A DNA stretch of 64,000 nucleotides from Deltaproteobacteria bacterium (GTDB lineage Bacteria; Myxococcota; UBA727; VGSZ01). The notes below the pieces were generated by a model that made no database searches, was not told the origin of the DNA, and saw nothing but the letters and a program-made list of their open reading frames with translations. The position numbers and the translations under genes were made by a program. The stretch lies in contig JACOUT010000002.1 of the NCBI GenBank assembly GCA_016177705.1, positions 213,604-277,603 of the forward strand, given 5' to 3'. This document shows positions 1 to 9,873 of this stretch, one piece after another; position 1 is the stretch's first letter; each line of letters opens with the position of its first letter.

Positions 1-58
1 GGCGGCGGGCAGGAGCGCACCGTCAAGGCGACGATCCACCTGGCAGAGTGACCTTGCC

Positions 59-1810
59 GTGACCCTGCAAGCGCGTGGCGCCGTCGACGACGTGTGGCCG
101 CGCTCCTCGGTGCTGCCCTGGACCGTGTTGGTCTGGGCCGCGCTCGCCGCAGCGATCGCTGCGGCGCCGGCGCGTGCCCAGACCTTCACCTGCGGAGACG
201 AGCACCTCGGCACCGAGGACGGCTGCGACTGCGGCTGCGGCGCGCTCGATCCGGACTGCGGCGCAGCACCGATCGCGCTCTCCCGCTGTGACTACGACGG
301 CTGCGCCGCGGGCCTGGTGCCGAGCGGCGCCGACCCCACGGTGTGCGTCGCCAACGCGTGCGGCGACGGCTACGTCGGCGGCGGCGAGGCCTGCGACGAC
401 GGCAACACCACCGACGACGGCGGCTGCGCACCCGACTGCACGCGCGCGCTCACCGGCTGGCTGTGCGGACCGCGTGGCGAAGGGTGCCGCAGGGAGCGCT
501 GCGGCGACGGCCTGCGCACCGCCTCCGAGCGCTGCGACGACGGCAACGCACAGGCGGGTGACGGCTGCGCGCCCGACTGCACCGACGAGCCCGGCTTCGT
601 CTGCTACGAGGGCCAGCCCTGCCGCCCCACCTTCTGTGGCGACCTGTACGCCGACTACGACCCCTACACGCGGACCGGCGAGACCTGCGACGACGGCAAC
701 AACGTTGCAGGCGACGGCTGCGACGACTGCGAGGCCGAGCCCGGCTGGTACTGCCCGCTGTGGGGCGGCACCTGCATGCGCTCGGACTGCGGCAACGGCG
801 TCGTCGAGGGCGACCCCTACTACCGGGTGGGCGAGACCTGCGACGACATGAACGACGATCCGAACGACGGCTGCGACCAGTGCGTTGCCGCGCCCGACGC
901 CATCTGCTGGAGCGGGCCGTGCCATTACGTCGCCTGTGGCGACGGCATCATCGACAACGACGGCGTCATCGCCTTCGAGGCGTGCGACGACGGCAACGCC
1001 ACGGGCAACGACGGCTGCTCGGGCACCTGCCAACTCGAGCCCGGTTATGACTGCATCTCGGTACCGCCGGGACAACCCTGCGTCGAGGTGCAGTGCGGCG
1101 ACGGCATCCTCAGCTACGACCAATTCGGCTACTACGAGGCCTGCGACGACGGCAACGAAGTCGGTGGCGACGGCTGTGACGCCAACTGCTCCTTCGTCGA
1201 GCAGGGTTTCATCTGCGACGCGCCGGGCCAGCCGTGCCGCGAGCCCGTGTGCGGCGACGGCTTCGCCGATCGCGACCCGATCTGGGGCACCATCTTCGAG
1301 GAGTGCGACGACGGCAACACCGCGAGCGGCGACGGTTGCTCGTCGTCGTGCGAGCCGGAGCCGGGCTTCGAGTGCATCACCGAGGGTCAGCCGTGCATCG
1401 ACCTGCCCGCCGGCTGGGTGTGCAGCGGCGCCTTCTTCGGCGCCGGCGACGGCTGCGACTGCGGTTGCGGCCGCGCCGACCCGGACTGCGACGCCGCCAC
1501 CGAGTCGGCCTGCGACTTCAACCACTGCTTCGAAGAGCCGGAGGAGGCGATCGACCCCTGCGATCCCTCGCAGTGCGTCACCGCCGAGGAGGCGGAAGAG
1601 GCGCGCTGCTCCGTCGATGGCGGTGACGACGATGACATTCCCGGCGCGCCGCCGCTGCGCTGCGACGAGCACGTCGCGGGTCGCGGCGCGCCCTCGGCGG
1701 CGCTCCTTCTCCTCGTGCTGGTAGCTGCGGCCGGCGCCCGACCGCGACCGCGGCGGACGGGCTATGCCGCGCGCGCCACCGACGCCACGGCCTCGACCGC
1801 GGGCCGCTGA
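59..1810 (+). CDS. Secreted cysteine-rich repeat protein (myxobacterial Cys-rich/DUF4215-like) with C-terminal hydrophobic-basic sorting tail
   Basis: N-terminal signal-like stretch (LVWAALAAAIAAAPARA); about 6 repeats of CGDG...E.CDDGN...GDGC; GCDCGCG..DPDC motif at both ends; C-terminal Cys + ALLLLVLVAAAG + Arg-rich tail. Start may lie slightly downstream. Confidence 0.85.
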   Translation: MTLQARGAVDDVWPRSSVLPWTVLVWAALAAAIAAAPARAQTFTCGDEHLGTEDGCDCGCGALDPDCGAAPIALSRCDYDGCAAGLVPSGADPTVCVANACGDGYVGGGEACDDGNTTDDGGCAPDCTRALTGWLCGPRGEGCRRERCGDGLRTASERCDDGNAQAGDGCAPDCTDEPGFVCYEGQPCRPTFCGDLYADYDPYTRTGETCDDGNNVAGDGCDDCEAEPGWYCPLWGGTCMRSDCGNGVVEGDPYYRVGETCDDMNDDPNDGCDQCVAAPDAICWSGPCHYVACGDGIIDNDGVIAFEACDDGNATGNDGCSGTCQLEPGYDCISVPPGQPCVEVQCGDGILSYDQFGYYEACDDGNEVGGDGCDANCSFVEQGFICDAPGQPCREPVCGDGFADRDPIWGTIFEECDDGNTASGDGCSSSCEPEPGFECITEGQPCIDLPAGWVCSGAFFGAGDGCDCGCGRADPDCDAATESACDFNHCFEEPEEAIDPCDPSQCVTAEEAEEARCSVDGGDDDDIPGAPPLRCDEHVAGRGAPSAALLLLVLVAAAGARPRPRRTGYAARATDATASTAGR

Positions 1811-2535
1811 TCGAGCGGAAGCGCGGCGGCCATGACGCGCTCGACCTCGGCGATGTGCTGATCGAGCGTCTCGCGCCGCCACGCGCTGGTGTCGATGGGC
1901 GGCAAGAAGGTGACCTCGACATCGGCGCGCGCCAGGCGCAACGAGCGCGCCTCCCAGGCGCGGTGCGAGCCGGCGATCACCATGGGCACGATGGGCAGGC
2001 CCGTCTCGAGCGCGACATGGAAGGCGCCCTTCTTGAAGGGCCGCAGCCGACCGTCGCGTGAGCGGTGCCCCTCGGGCCAGATGAAGATCGAGAGCGCGTA
2101 CCGCTTCACCAACTCGGCAAGTGAGCGCAGCGAGGCGACCGCGCGCTCGTGATTGCCGCGATCGATGCGCAGGTGGCCCGCGAGCACGAAGAACTGACCG
2201 AAGAAGGGGTAGAAGATGATCTCCTTCTTGGCGACGCCGCAGGTGCCGGTGGGTGACAGCCAGGCGCCCAGGAAGATGTCGACCATCGAGGCGTGGTTGG
2301 CGACGTAGATGGCCGGACGAGCAGGGTTGGCGTGCTCGCGGCCCTCGATGGTGTAGCGGCTGCCGGTGAGCCAGGCGCAGCCCTTGCCGATGAAGCTGCC
2401 GTAGACGTTGCCGACCTTGATGCGCGCGGCGCGCGACGGCAGCAGCACGAACAGCGCCACCGTGAAGGCGAGCGAGCACAGCAAGACCCACAGCAGGCCG
2501 ATGCCGATGCGCAGCACCGTCTCGGCCAGGCTCAT
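1762..2535 (-). CDS. plsC: 1-acyl-sn-glycerol-3-phosphate acyltransferase
   Basis: NHASMVD (HxxxxD), AKKE, IDRG, WPEGHRS and PFKKGAF acyltransferase blocks; N-terminal TM helix. Start set at ATG 2535. Confidence 0.9.
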   Translation of the reverse strand: MSLAETVLRIGIGLLWVLLCSLAFTVALFVLLPSRAARIKVGNVYGSFIGKGCAWLTGSRYTIEGREHANPARPAIYVANHASMVDIFLGAWLSPTGTCGVAKKEIIFYPFFGQFFVLAGHLRIDRGNHERAVASLRSLAELVKRYALSIFIWPEGHRSRDGRLRPFKKGAFHVALETGLPIVPMVIAGSHRAWEARSLRLARADVEVTFLPPIDTSAWRRETLDQHIAEVERVMAAALPLDQRPAVEAVASVARAA

Positions 2536-2705
2536 GGGTCCGCGCACCAGCGTCGCGGGCCCGAGCACCTCGCGCGCGGGCGCGGGCGCGGCGGAAAACG
2601 GTCGGCTGAGCGGCGCGGCGTGGGACACGAGAACCTCCCGGTCCTCGGACCATGCGCGCCCCGCGTCATGGCGTCGTCACGATGACGCGCCGCGTAGCGA
2701 CCTGA

Positions 2706-3605
2706 TCAGTTGCGGCACTCGCTGTCGCGGCAGGTCGGCTCCGTGGCGGGGCAGTCCTCGTCGACGCGGCACTGCTCGCACTTGGCGTCGACGCACACGG
2801 GGCGGTCGGCGTCCTGCACGCAGTCCGTGTCGGCGCGGCACTCCTCGCAGCGCTGGTCGACGCACACCGGCTTGTCGGCATCGGTGGTGCAGCTCGCGTC
2901 CTGCACGCACTCGACGCACGCGCCGCTGGCGACGTCGCAAGCGGGGCGATCGCCGCCACAACCGGCGTCGCTGGTGCAGGGCGCGAAGCACTCGAGGTCG
3001 GCGCCGCACAGGCCGTCGGACGGGCAGTCGGTGTTCTGCACGCACTCGCGGCACTCGCCTGTGACGCAGAAGGGCGCTGCCACGCCGCAGTCGTCGTTGC
3101 TCAAGCAGCGCTCGCAGCGGCCGGTCGGGCTGCACAGCGGGCCGTCGGCGCCGACGCAATCGTCCGCGAGCACGCACTCGACGCAGGCGGCGTACACCGG
3201 GTGACACACGCCACCGCCGCAGCTCGTGTCGTCCACGCAGGCCTCGACACACTCACCGCGCGGCGAGCAGCTAGGCGCCGCAGCGCCGCAGTCGTCGGCG
3301 GTGCGACACGCCGCGCAGCGGGCCTCGGAGGTACAGAACGGCTCGCCGGCCGGGCAGTCGGCGTCGCTGGCGCACTGCCCGCACATGCCGTTGGCGGCGC
3401 AGATCTCACCGCCGCAGCCCTGGTCCGCCTGGCACTCCACGCAGAAGCCCGCCGAACACAGCGGCGTCATGCCACCGCAGTCCTCGACCGCCGCGCAGGT
3501 GGCGCCGAGGCCGATGGTGCCGGCAGGGGTCGGATCGCCGCTGTCGGCAGGATCGGTGGGGCAACCTAGCACGAGCACGACGGCGAGCAGTCCAAGCCAA
3601 CGCAT
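2706..3605 (-). CDS. Cys-rich repeat lipoprotein
   Basis: Lipobox-like LVLGC; about 10 repeats of CxxC..D.DC....P.C; GGAGG ribosome-binding site upstream. Confidence 0.85.
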   Translation of the reverse strand: MRWLGLLAVVLVLGCPTDPADSGDPTPAGTIGLGATCAAVEDCGGMTPLCSAGFCVECQADQGCGGEICAANGMCGQCASDADCPAGEPFCTSEARCAACRTADDCGAAAPSCSPRGECVEACVDDTSCGGGVCHPVYAACVECVLADDCVGADGPLCSPTGRCERCLSNDDCGVAAPFCVTGECRECVQNTDCPSDGLCGADLECFAPCTSDAGCGGDRPACDVASGACVECVQDASCTTDADKPVCVDQRCEECRADTDCVQDADRPVCVDAKCEQCRVDEDCPATEPTCRDSECRN

Positions 3606-3648
3606 GGGGACCTCCCACTGCTGCTACGTGCGCGGCCGAGGCGCGCGA

Positions 3649-4977
3649 TCACGCCGAGGTAGGGGCGTGTCGCAGGCGCCGCAGTACGACTCGCGCGCAG
3701 ATGGCGAGCACGAGCGCCATGCTCCACCAAAGCATGGCGCGCGCAGTATTCGGAGCGGTCGACGCGCACGCGCAGCCGACGTCGGTCGGCGACCCGCGCG
3801 CACTGTCCACCTCGCCGTCATCGTCGCTCGTGTCCGGCCCGACGCCTGCGTCCGGCTCGGGCTCGCGCGGACTGCCGGCGTCGGCGTCCACGGGCGGCAC
3901 GCCGCCGTCGACGTCGTCCTGCGGCGGCGGCGACATCGGCGAGTGGCAGCCGGTGTCGTCCCAGGTGCGGCCGAGCGCCACCGCGTGCTCGAGGTCCTGG
4001 CGCAGCGGTGCCGAGCAGCCGATGCAGAAGTCGCGGCCGCTGCCGTCGTCATTGCTGGTCCAGCGGTAGGGCGTTACCGCGCGGATCACCTGGTGCGGGT
4101 TCGCCTGGTTCCAGGAGAACACCTCCTCGTACAGCGCGACGAAGTAGCCGACGTCCTCGTCTCTGTAGGGGTCGCAAGGAGGGTCGCAGGCGCTGCCGGC
4201 CTCGGTGATGTAGAGCGGCAGGTCGAACAGCCCTCGCGCGGCGAGCAGCTCCGTGGTGTCGCGGTAGCCGCGGAAGTGCAGGCGCCACTTGCCCTCGCGG
4301 CCGGGGAACCACTCGTCGGAGGTGACGGCGGCGACGCTCATCTCGCGCGTGTAGGCGTGGATGGCCACGCCGTCGACGTCGCCACCTTGCGCGCGCACGC
4401 GGTCGATGGCGGCGGCCAGGCCGTCGTCCCAATCGCCCCAGTGATCGGTCCACGCCCACGGCGACATTGGCGCGAACAGGATCTCGTGCTCGCCGGCGTT
4501 CGGCAGCGCAGCGACCTGCTCTTGCACGGCCAGGTAGACGTCGGCGTACTCGGCCGGCGTGTAGGGGTAGCCCCAGCCGATGTTCGGCTCGTTGCCGACG
4601 ATCCACACCTTGACGCCGACGGCGTCGCGCACACAGCGCGCGAACTTGGCGGCGTAGCCGGCGACCGCCTCGGGCGTCGTCGGCAGCGGCGGTCCGCCGC
4701 CCCAGTCGAGCCGCAGGATGACGCCGTAGCCCTGGTCCGCGAGGCGCGAGTGCTCGATGGCGCAGTCGCCGCTGTCGCCGATGTACTCGAGCAGCGTGAC
4801 CCAGCCGCGAGCGCAGCCGCCCTCGGAGGGGAACAGCGACAGCTCGGGTTCATCGTGCATGCCGTAGAGGTACGGGCTCATGCCGGTCGGCACCGCCAAC
4901 GACGGCGCTGCGACGAGCGCGGCCACGAGCGCCGGGCCGAGCAGGTGCGGCGCTCGTGCTCGATCAATGAAAAACAT
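3649..4977 (-). CDS. Secreted clan GH-A-like glycoside hydrolase with MYXO-CTERM-like tail
   Basis: IVGNEPN (acid/base), AIHAY and YITEAG (nucleophile) motifs; acidic linker, then GCAC + hydrophobic + RR tail. Start uncertain. Confidence 0.7.
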   Translation of the reverse strand: MFFIDRARAPHLLGPALVAALVAAPSLAVPTGMSPYLYGMHDEPELSLFPSEGGCARGWVTLLEYIGDSGDCAIEHSRLADQGYGVILRLDWGGGPPLPTTPEAVAGYAAKFARCVRDAVGVKVWIVGNEPNIGWGYPYTPAEYADVYLAVQEQVAALPNAGEHEILFAPMSPWAWTDHWGDWDDGLAAAIDRVRAQGGDVDGVAIHAYTREMSVAAVTSDEWFPGREGKWRLHFRGYRDTTELLAARGLFDLPLYITEAGSACDPPCDPYRDEDVGYFVALYEEVFSWNQANPHQVIRAVTPYRWTSNDDGSGRDFCIGCSAPLRQDLEHAVALGRTWDDTGCHSPMSPPPQDDVDGGVPPVDADAGSPREPEPDAGVGPDTSDDDGEVDSARGSPTDVGCACASTAPNTARAMLWWSMALVLAICARVVLRRLRHAPTSA

Positions 4978-4985
4978 TCGTTTTT
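4970..4985. promoter_or_regulatory. AT-rich palindromic operator-like site AAAAAC-ATTC-GTTTTT
   Basis: Dyad at a divergent gene boundary; near-identical copy at 6534-6547. Confidence 0.5.
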
Positions 4986-5083
4986 TCTCGCGGGATGCGC
5001 GGCCGGGGTCAATCCCCCCTCTGGCGCCGCGCGCGCGCGTTCCCTACAACACCGAGGTCACCCGACGCGGAGAGCCAAGCGCC

Positions 5084-5314
5084 ATGCCCATCTACGAGTA
5101 CGTCTGCAAGAAGTGCCAACACGGCTTCGAGGCGCTGGTCGACTCGAGCGGCAAGGCCGCCTGCCCCAAGTGCGCGAGCGAGGAGCTCGACAAGCAGCTC
5201 TCGGTCTTCGCCGCCGGCAAGGCGAGCGCGGGCGCTGAGGCGTGCTCGCCGATGGGCGGCTGCGGCGGCTGCATGGACCCGCGCGGGCCGGGCGCCTGCC
5301 GTCTGGCCAACTGA
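5084..5314 (+). CDS. FmdB-family zinc-ribbon regulatory protein
   Basis: [11 protein letters not shown]...FE...CPKC...KQLSVF signature; Cys/Gly-rich tail. Confidence 0.9.
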   Translation: MPIYEYVCKKCQHGFEALVDSSGKAACPKCASEELDKQLSVFAAGKASAGAEACSPMGGCGGCMDPRGPGACRLAN

Positions 5315-5721
5315 TGGGCGCCGACGGGCCCGTCGCACGCCACGTGCTGACCATCCTGGCGGTACCGGAGCTGGCGCCCGCGGCTGCGTTCTATCGCGCC
5401 GCGTTCGGCTTCGACGTCGAGGTCGAGACGCCGGTCTACTGCGAGCTGCGCATGCCGGGCGGGCAGCGGCTCGGTCTCTACCAGCGCGACGGCTTCGGGC
5501 GAAACACCGGCGCCGTGCCGGCGGCCATTCCGCGGGGCGAGCTGGCGCCCTGCGAGCTGTACTTCCATACCGACGACGTCGACGCGGCCGCCGCGCGCCT
5601 GACGGGCGCGGGCGCGCGTCTGCTGTCGCCGCGCGCGGTCCGTCCATGGGGCGACGAGGCCGCGTACTTCGCGGACCCGAACGGCAACGTGCTGGTGGTG
5701 GCGCGGCCGATCGCGCGCTGA
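5314..5721 (+). CDS. VOC (glyoxalase/bleomycin-resistance) family protein
   Basis: AAAFYRAAFGF, DDVDAA and PWGDEAAYFADPNGN motifs; TGATG coupling to the upstream gene. Confidence 0.85.
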   Translation: MGADGPVARHVLTILAVPELAPAAAFYRAAFGFDVEVETPVYCELRMPGGQRLGLYQRDGFGRNTGAVPAAIPRGELAPCELYFHTDDVDAAAARLTGAGARLLSPRAVRPWGDEAAYFADPNGNVLVVARPIAR

Positions 5722-5727
5722 CGGCGA

Positions 5728-6513
5728 TCAGTAGGCCAAGGGCGGCGCTGGCGCGGGCCGCTCTGCCGCCACAGGTGGCGCGATCTCTTGTTGCGGCGCG
5801 GGCGGCGCGGGCGGCGCGGGCACGGGCACGGGCACGGGCACGGGGGGCGATGCCGGCGCGTCGGCAGGGACATCGAGGAACGCGGCCCCCGCCCCGCCGC
5901 CAGCACCACCGCACGCCGCGCCTGCGCAGAAGCCGCCGAACATCACCGACAGCGCCGCCGACAGCCCGACCATCGACAGGATGCACCCCTCCGGCGACGG
6001 CTCACCGATGGCTGCGCCGAGCGCCTTGGTCGCCTCCCACGTGAGCCACGCGCCGGGTACCGCGGCCGCGGCCCCCGCGACGGTCGCGCCGCCCGTGGCG
6101 CCGAGGCCGCCCGCGACCGACAGCGGCTCACCGAGCACCACCGGCGAGAGCAGCGCGCCGAGGCCCGCGCCGGCGATGGTCAGCACCACCGGTGTGCCGA
6201 TGGCGACCGTCAGGCCCTCGGCGATGGGCGGCTCGCGCCGCGCCAAGGGGTAGACGCCGCCCGCGAGCGCGGCGCCGACCGAGAAGCCCGCCGCCGCGCC
6301 GAGCGCGCCGCCGACCGCGACCGCGCCGACGTGCAGCGCGGTGCGCGTGACGTCGTCGTCCTCGTCGGCCCCGTCGCTCTCGCCGCGGTCGACGGGGGTT
6401 GGCGGGGGAGGCGCGCCGCCCTCGTCGGCGCGGCACGGCAGCGCGCCGACGAGCAGGAGCGGCACGAGCGCAGTCGCGAGGGCCGTGGTGGTGGGACGGG
6501 GCAGGCTGCGCAT
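5728..6513 (-). CDS. Hypothetical exported Gly/Ala-rich membrane protein
   Basis: Signal peptide MRSLPRP...VGALPCRA; several GxxxG hydrophobic segments; Pro-rich C-terminus. Confidence 0.65.
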   Translation of the reverse strand: MRSLPRPTTTALATALVPLLLVGALPCRADEGGAPPPPTPVDRGESDGADEDDDVTRTALHVGAVAVGGALGAAAGFSVGAALAGGVYPLARREPPIAEGLTVAIGTPVVLTIAGAGLGALLSPVVLGEPLSVAGGLGATGGATVAGAAAAVPGAWLTWEATKALGAAIGEPSPEGCILSMVGLSAALSVMFGGFCAGAACGGAGGGAGAAFLDVPADAPASPPVPVPVPVPAPPAPPAPQQEIAPPVAAERPAPAPPLAY

Positions 6514-6533
6514 CGTTCGCTCCGGTTCGATGC

Positions 6534-6547
6534 AAAACGTTCGTTTT
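6534..6547. promoter_or_regulatory. Second copy of operator-like palindrome AAAAC-GTTC-GTTTT
   Basis: In the divergent intergenic region 6514-6648; matches 4970-4985. Confidence 0.5.
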
Positions 6548-6648
6548 TTTCGTGTCATGTCAATCGCCTCGCGCGCAAAGGCGCCGTCGGTGTGGCCGGG
6601 CTCACAGCGCCCTTGCCTGCGGTGGCGGGGCGCGCGCAATGTCGGCCC

Positions 6649-7908
6649 ATGGACCAGGCGCTGCTGGCGCGCTTCGCGCTCGATCCGGCCGTCACCTTCT
6701 TGAACCACGGCTCCTTCGGCGCCTGCCCGCGCGACGTGCTGGCAGTGCAGAGCGAGCTGCGCGAGCGCATGGAGCGCCAGCCGGTGCGCTTCTTCGCGCG
6801 CGAGCTGCCGGTACTTCTCGACGACGCGCGCGCGCCGCTCGCGCGCTTCCTGCACACCGCGCCCGAGCGCCTCGCCTTCGTGCCCAATGCGACCGCCGCC
6901 GTGAACGCGGTGCTGCGCTGGCTGCCGCTGTCGCCGGGGGACGAGCTGCTCACCACCGACCACATCTACAACGCGTGCAACAACGTACTCGAGGAGGCGG
7001 CGCGACACGCCGGCGCGCGCGTGGTGACGGCGCACGTGCCCTTCCCGCTCGCCAGCGACGACGACGTGGTAGCGCCGGTTTTGGCCGCGGTCACGCCGCG
7101 CACGCGCCTGGCCTTGCTCGATCACGTCACCAGCCCGACCGGCCTGGTGTTCCCGGTGGCGCGACTGGTGCGCGAGCTGCGCGCGCGCGGCGTCGAGTGC
7201 CTGGTCGACGCCGCGCATGCGCCCGGCCAGGTGCCGCTCGACGTCGACGCCATCGGCGCCGCCTGGCTCACCGGCAACTGCCACAAGTGGCTGTTCGCGC
7301 CCAAGGGCGCCGCGTTCCTAGCGGTGCGCGCCGACAAGCTCGAGGGCACGCGGCCCGCCGTGCTGTCGCACGGCGCCAACGCGCCGCCGGGCGCGCGCTC
7401 GCGCTTTCAGCTCGAGTTCGACTGGGTCGGCACCGTCGACCCGACGCCGTGGCTGGCGGTGCCGGCGGGGCTCTCCTTCGGCGAGCGGCTGTTCGAGGGC
7501 GGCTGGCCGGCGCTGATGGCGAGGAACCACGCGTTGGCGGTGGAGGCACGCGCGCTCTTGTGCACGGCGCTCGGCGTGCCCGAGCCTGCACCTGCCGCGA
7601 TGATCGGCGCGCTCGCGTCGGTGCCGCTGCCTGATGGCGACGGCACCACCGAGGGACCGCTCTACGGCGATCCGCTGCAGCGCGCGCTCGCCGAGCAGCA
7701 CGCCATCGAGGTGCCCATCGTGCCCTGGCCCCAGCCGCCGAGGCCGCGAGCTTCGCTCGCTCGCCATGGGCGGCCGTGCAGCGCAGCGCGGCCGCGGCGC
7801 TTGGTGCGCATCTCGGCGCAGGCCTACAACACGATCGAGCAGTACCGCAGGCTCGCCGACGCGCTCATCGCGTTGGTCGGTCGGGCTCGTGAGGCGCCGA
7901 CACGCTGA
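6649..7908 (+). CDS. Class V PLP aminotransferase (isopenicillin N epimerase/EgtE-like)
   Basis: FLNHGSFGACP, DHVTSPTG, VDAAHAPG, GNCHKWLFAPKG (PLP Lys), RISAQAYN. Confidence 0.9.
   Translation: MDQALLARFALDPAVTFLNHGSFGACPRDVLAVQSELRERMERQPVRFFARELPVLLDDARAPLARFLHTAPERLAFVPNATAAVNAVLRWLPLSPGDELLTTDHIYNACNNVLEEAARHAGARVVTAHVPFPLASDDDVVAPVLAAVTPRTRLALLDHVTSPTGLVFPVARLVRELRARGVECLVDAAHAPGQVPLDVDAIGAAWLTGNCHKWLFAPKGAAFLAVRADKLEGTRPAVLSHGANAPPGARSRFQLEFDWVGTVDPTPWLAVPAGLSFGERLFEGGWPALMARNHALAVEARALLCTALGVPEPAPAAMIGALASVPLPDGDGTTEGPLYGDPLQRALAEQHAIEVPIVPWPQPPRPRASLARHGRPCSAARPRRLVRISAQAYNTIEQYRRLADALIALVGRAREAPTR
7741..7794 (+). repeat. 54-bp in-frame palindromic (hairpin) insertion in the aminotransferase CDS
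   Basis: ggccgcgagcttcgct...agcgcagcgcggcc imperfect inverted arms; atypical codons (AGG, CGA, GCT, GCA); interrupts the WPxPP-RRLVRISAQ region. Confidence 0.5.
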
Positions 7909-8035
7909 CGTCGCTCTCTTCGTCCGCACCTCCCGGCACGTCGTCCGCGAGCATCGGGACGTACCGCACGGTTGTGCTGCTGATCTATCTATCGCACGAT
8001 TTGTTGCCGTGGTATTCGCGATTCACGGAGGGACA

Positions 8036-8665
8036 ATGAAACGGATATCGCGTCTACTGATTCTCTTTGGGGCAGCCGGGCTCGCTGCTGGCGCTTCGTT
8101 ACCCCCCCCCCCCGTCGACACGCTGACGCCTGTCGACGGGCTTGGTGAGCCGCCTGGCAACGTCTGCGGCGACGAAGCCGCGCCATCACGAATTGCGGCA
8201 ATCGCCCCACTCGACGAACGCACCTACGACGCCGACGACGAGCCCGTGATGATGGTGGCGGTCGACCCGACCCTCCACTTCTCTGAGCTCGAGGTCCTCG
8301 CGACGCTGATTGACCCGCTCGGCTTCGTCCACGGGACCTTCCAGGTCCCGATCACTTCGCCGTCCGCCGACGCAGGCCTGGTCGAGGTCAAGCTGCCCAT
8401 CTGGCAGCTCTACCGCGGCAAGCCCGCGCTCCTGCACCTCCGCTTGCACGCCGTTGATAATGGCCACGTCGTCGCCAGCAACCACGTGGACGCAATCGCC
8501 CTGCTTCCCGTGGATGGGCTCGTTGCGGTCCTGGACTCCGATAACGCCCTACCGGTTTGGCCCACCGAGCGGACAGGGTCGCCGGCGGGTATCGCGGTTG
8601 TGGAGGACGGCGTAGCGCCGGCCCCGGTCTACGCGACCGAGGACGACGAGGAGGTGACGCCATGA
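8036..8665 (+). CDS. Hypothetical secreted protein (first gene of island operon)
   Basis: GGAGG ribosome-binding site; Sec-type signal MKRISRLLILFGAAGLAAGA; C12 tract at 8102-8113; ATGA overlap with the next gene. Confidence 0.7.
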   Translation: MKRISRLLILFGAAGLAAGASLPPPPVDTLTPVDGLGEPPGNVCGDEAAPSRIAAIAPLDERTYDADDEPVMMVAVDPTLHFSELEVLATLIDPLGFVHGTFQVPITSPSADAGLVEVKLPIWQLYRGKPALLHLRLHAVDNGHVVASNHVDAIALLPVDGLVAVLDSDNALPVWPTERTGSPAGIAVVEDGVAPAPVYATEDDEEVTP

Positions 8666-9873
8666 GCCTCATCGGCCTCACCGTGCGCGCGCTCTCGACC
8701 AGCACCCCTGCCCTGACGAGCAACGTGCGGCTCTGCTTCAAGGCGGCCGTCGTGTACGATGACGCTGCCCGCAATGACCTCGACGACGGCACCATCGAGG
8801 ACAACTGGGCCAGCGGGTCGTCGCAGACGCTGTTCGGCAGTCGCATCATCGCGACCAGCGGTGGGGTTGCCGTCCCTTTCGATACCCATCTCGGCGACGG
8901 GCTCGGCACCGGTGATCCGGGCTCGGGCTGTACGGCGAGCGTGCCGGTGACCCACTCGGGGCAGTTCTTCTCGGTCAGCTACACCGTCTACAGCAAGGGC
9001 ATCATCCAAGGGAACGAGCTCTACGTCCAGAACGCGGACTCGGGCAACTCCTATGCGAGCTTCCCCGGCACGCTCTACTACAGCTGCGCCGGCGGCGGGT
9101 GCAACCTCGCCACCACCGTCACCATCGCGCCCTCGGGGGCGATGCCGATCGCGATGTGGCAGGTGTACGCGGCCGATGCGTACTCGCTCTTCCGACATGC
9201 CGGCGGCCTAACCAGCAGCATCTTCACGGTGCGCCTGTCCAACGATCCGAACTACGACAGCGAATACAACCGGGGCACTGGCATCATCAGCATCCGACAG
9301 GTGGACGCAAAGGAGCGCTTCACCGATTCCCACGAGTTGGGCCATCGCATCGCCCACTTGAGGGGTTTGCCAACCGGGGACTGCGCCCTTGACGACGCCC
9401 AGTGTCCTTCCATCTCCGGGTCCCACTCCATGGGGTCAGAGGAGCACCAGTCTTGCTCGTTCAGTGAAGGCTTCGCGCATTTCTACGCCGCTGACGTCTG
9501 GAACTCTCACTACCAACAAGACTGCGTCTTCCAGTACTACAAGTACACGTCGCTTCCTGCCGTCGACTGCGAGGCGTCGCCTAACGACCTCTCGGACCCG
9601 GTGTCCTTCCCGCTCGCGATGCTTGAGAACACGTGCGGCAGCGGCATCAACGACCACGGGGTCGAGGTCGACTGGCTCAGGACCTTCTGGGATGTCCACA
9701 CCAACGGCAGCTCGCCTCCGACCTTCAACGACATGATGAACTGGATGCAGAGTGCGTTCTTCATCAACCTCACGCCACCGTTTGACGAGCTCGATGGCGA
9801 GGCCAACGCCGTTGGCGGCACGCTCAACCAGAACTGGGACGCAGCGGCGGACGGCAATGGCATCAATCACTAA
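8662..9873 (+). CDS. Putative zinc metallopeptidase (gluzincin-like HExxH...E)
   Basis: SHELGHRIAH and downstream FSEGFAHFYA; Cys/Ser/Asn-rich; GAGGAGG ribosome-binding site. Confidence 0.65.
   Translation: MSLIGLTVRALSTSTPALTSNVRLCFKAAVVYDDAARNDLDDGTIEDNWASGSSQTLFGSRIIATSGGVAVPFDTHLGDGLGTGDPGSGCTASVPVTHSGQFFSVSYTVYSKGIIQGNELYVQNADSGNSYASFPGTLYYSCAGGGCNLATTVTIAPSGAMPIAMWQVYAADAYSLFRHAGGLTSSIFTVRLSNDPNYDSEYNRGTGIISIRQVDAKERFTDSHELGHRIAHLRGLPTGDCALDDAQCPSISGSHSMGSEEHQSCSFSEGFAHFYAADVWNSHYQQDCVFQYYKYTSLPAVDCEASPNDLSDPVSFPLAMLENTCGSGINDHGVEVDWLRTFWDVHTNGSSPPTFNDMMNWMQSAFFINLTPPFDELDGEANAVGGTLNQNWDAAADGNGINH

Noticed and set aside
23..2653. Long antisense and alternate-frame ORFs (also 25596-28841+, 32436-34760+, 56050-58311-, 51097-53679+)
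   Set aside because: Arg/Ala/Gly-rich shadow frames typical of high-GC DNA, overlapping well-supported genes.
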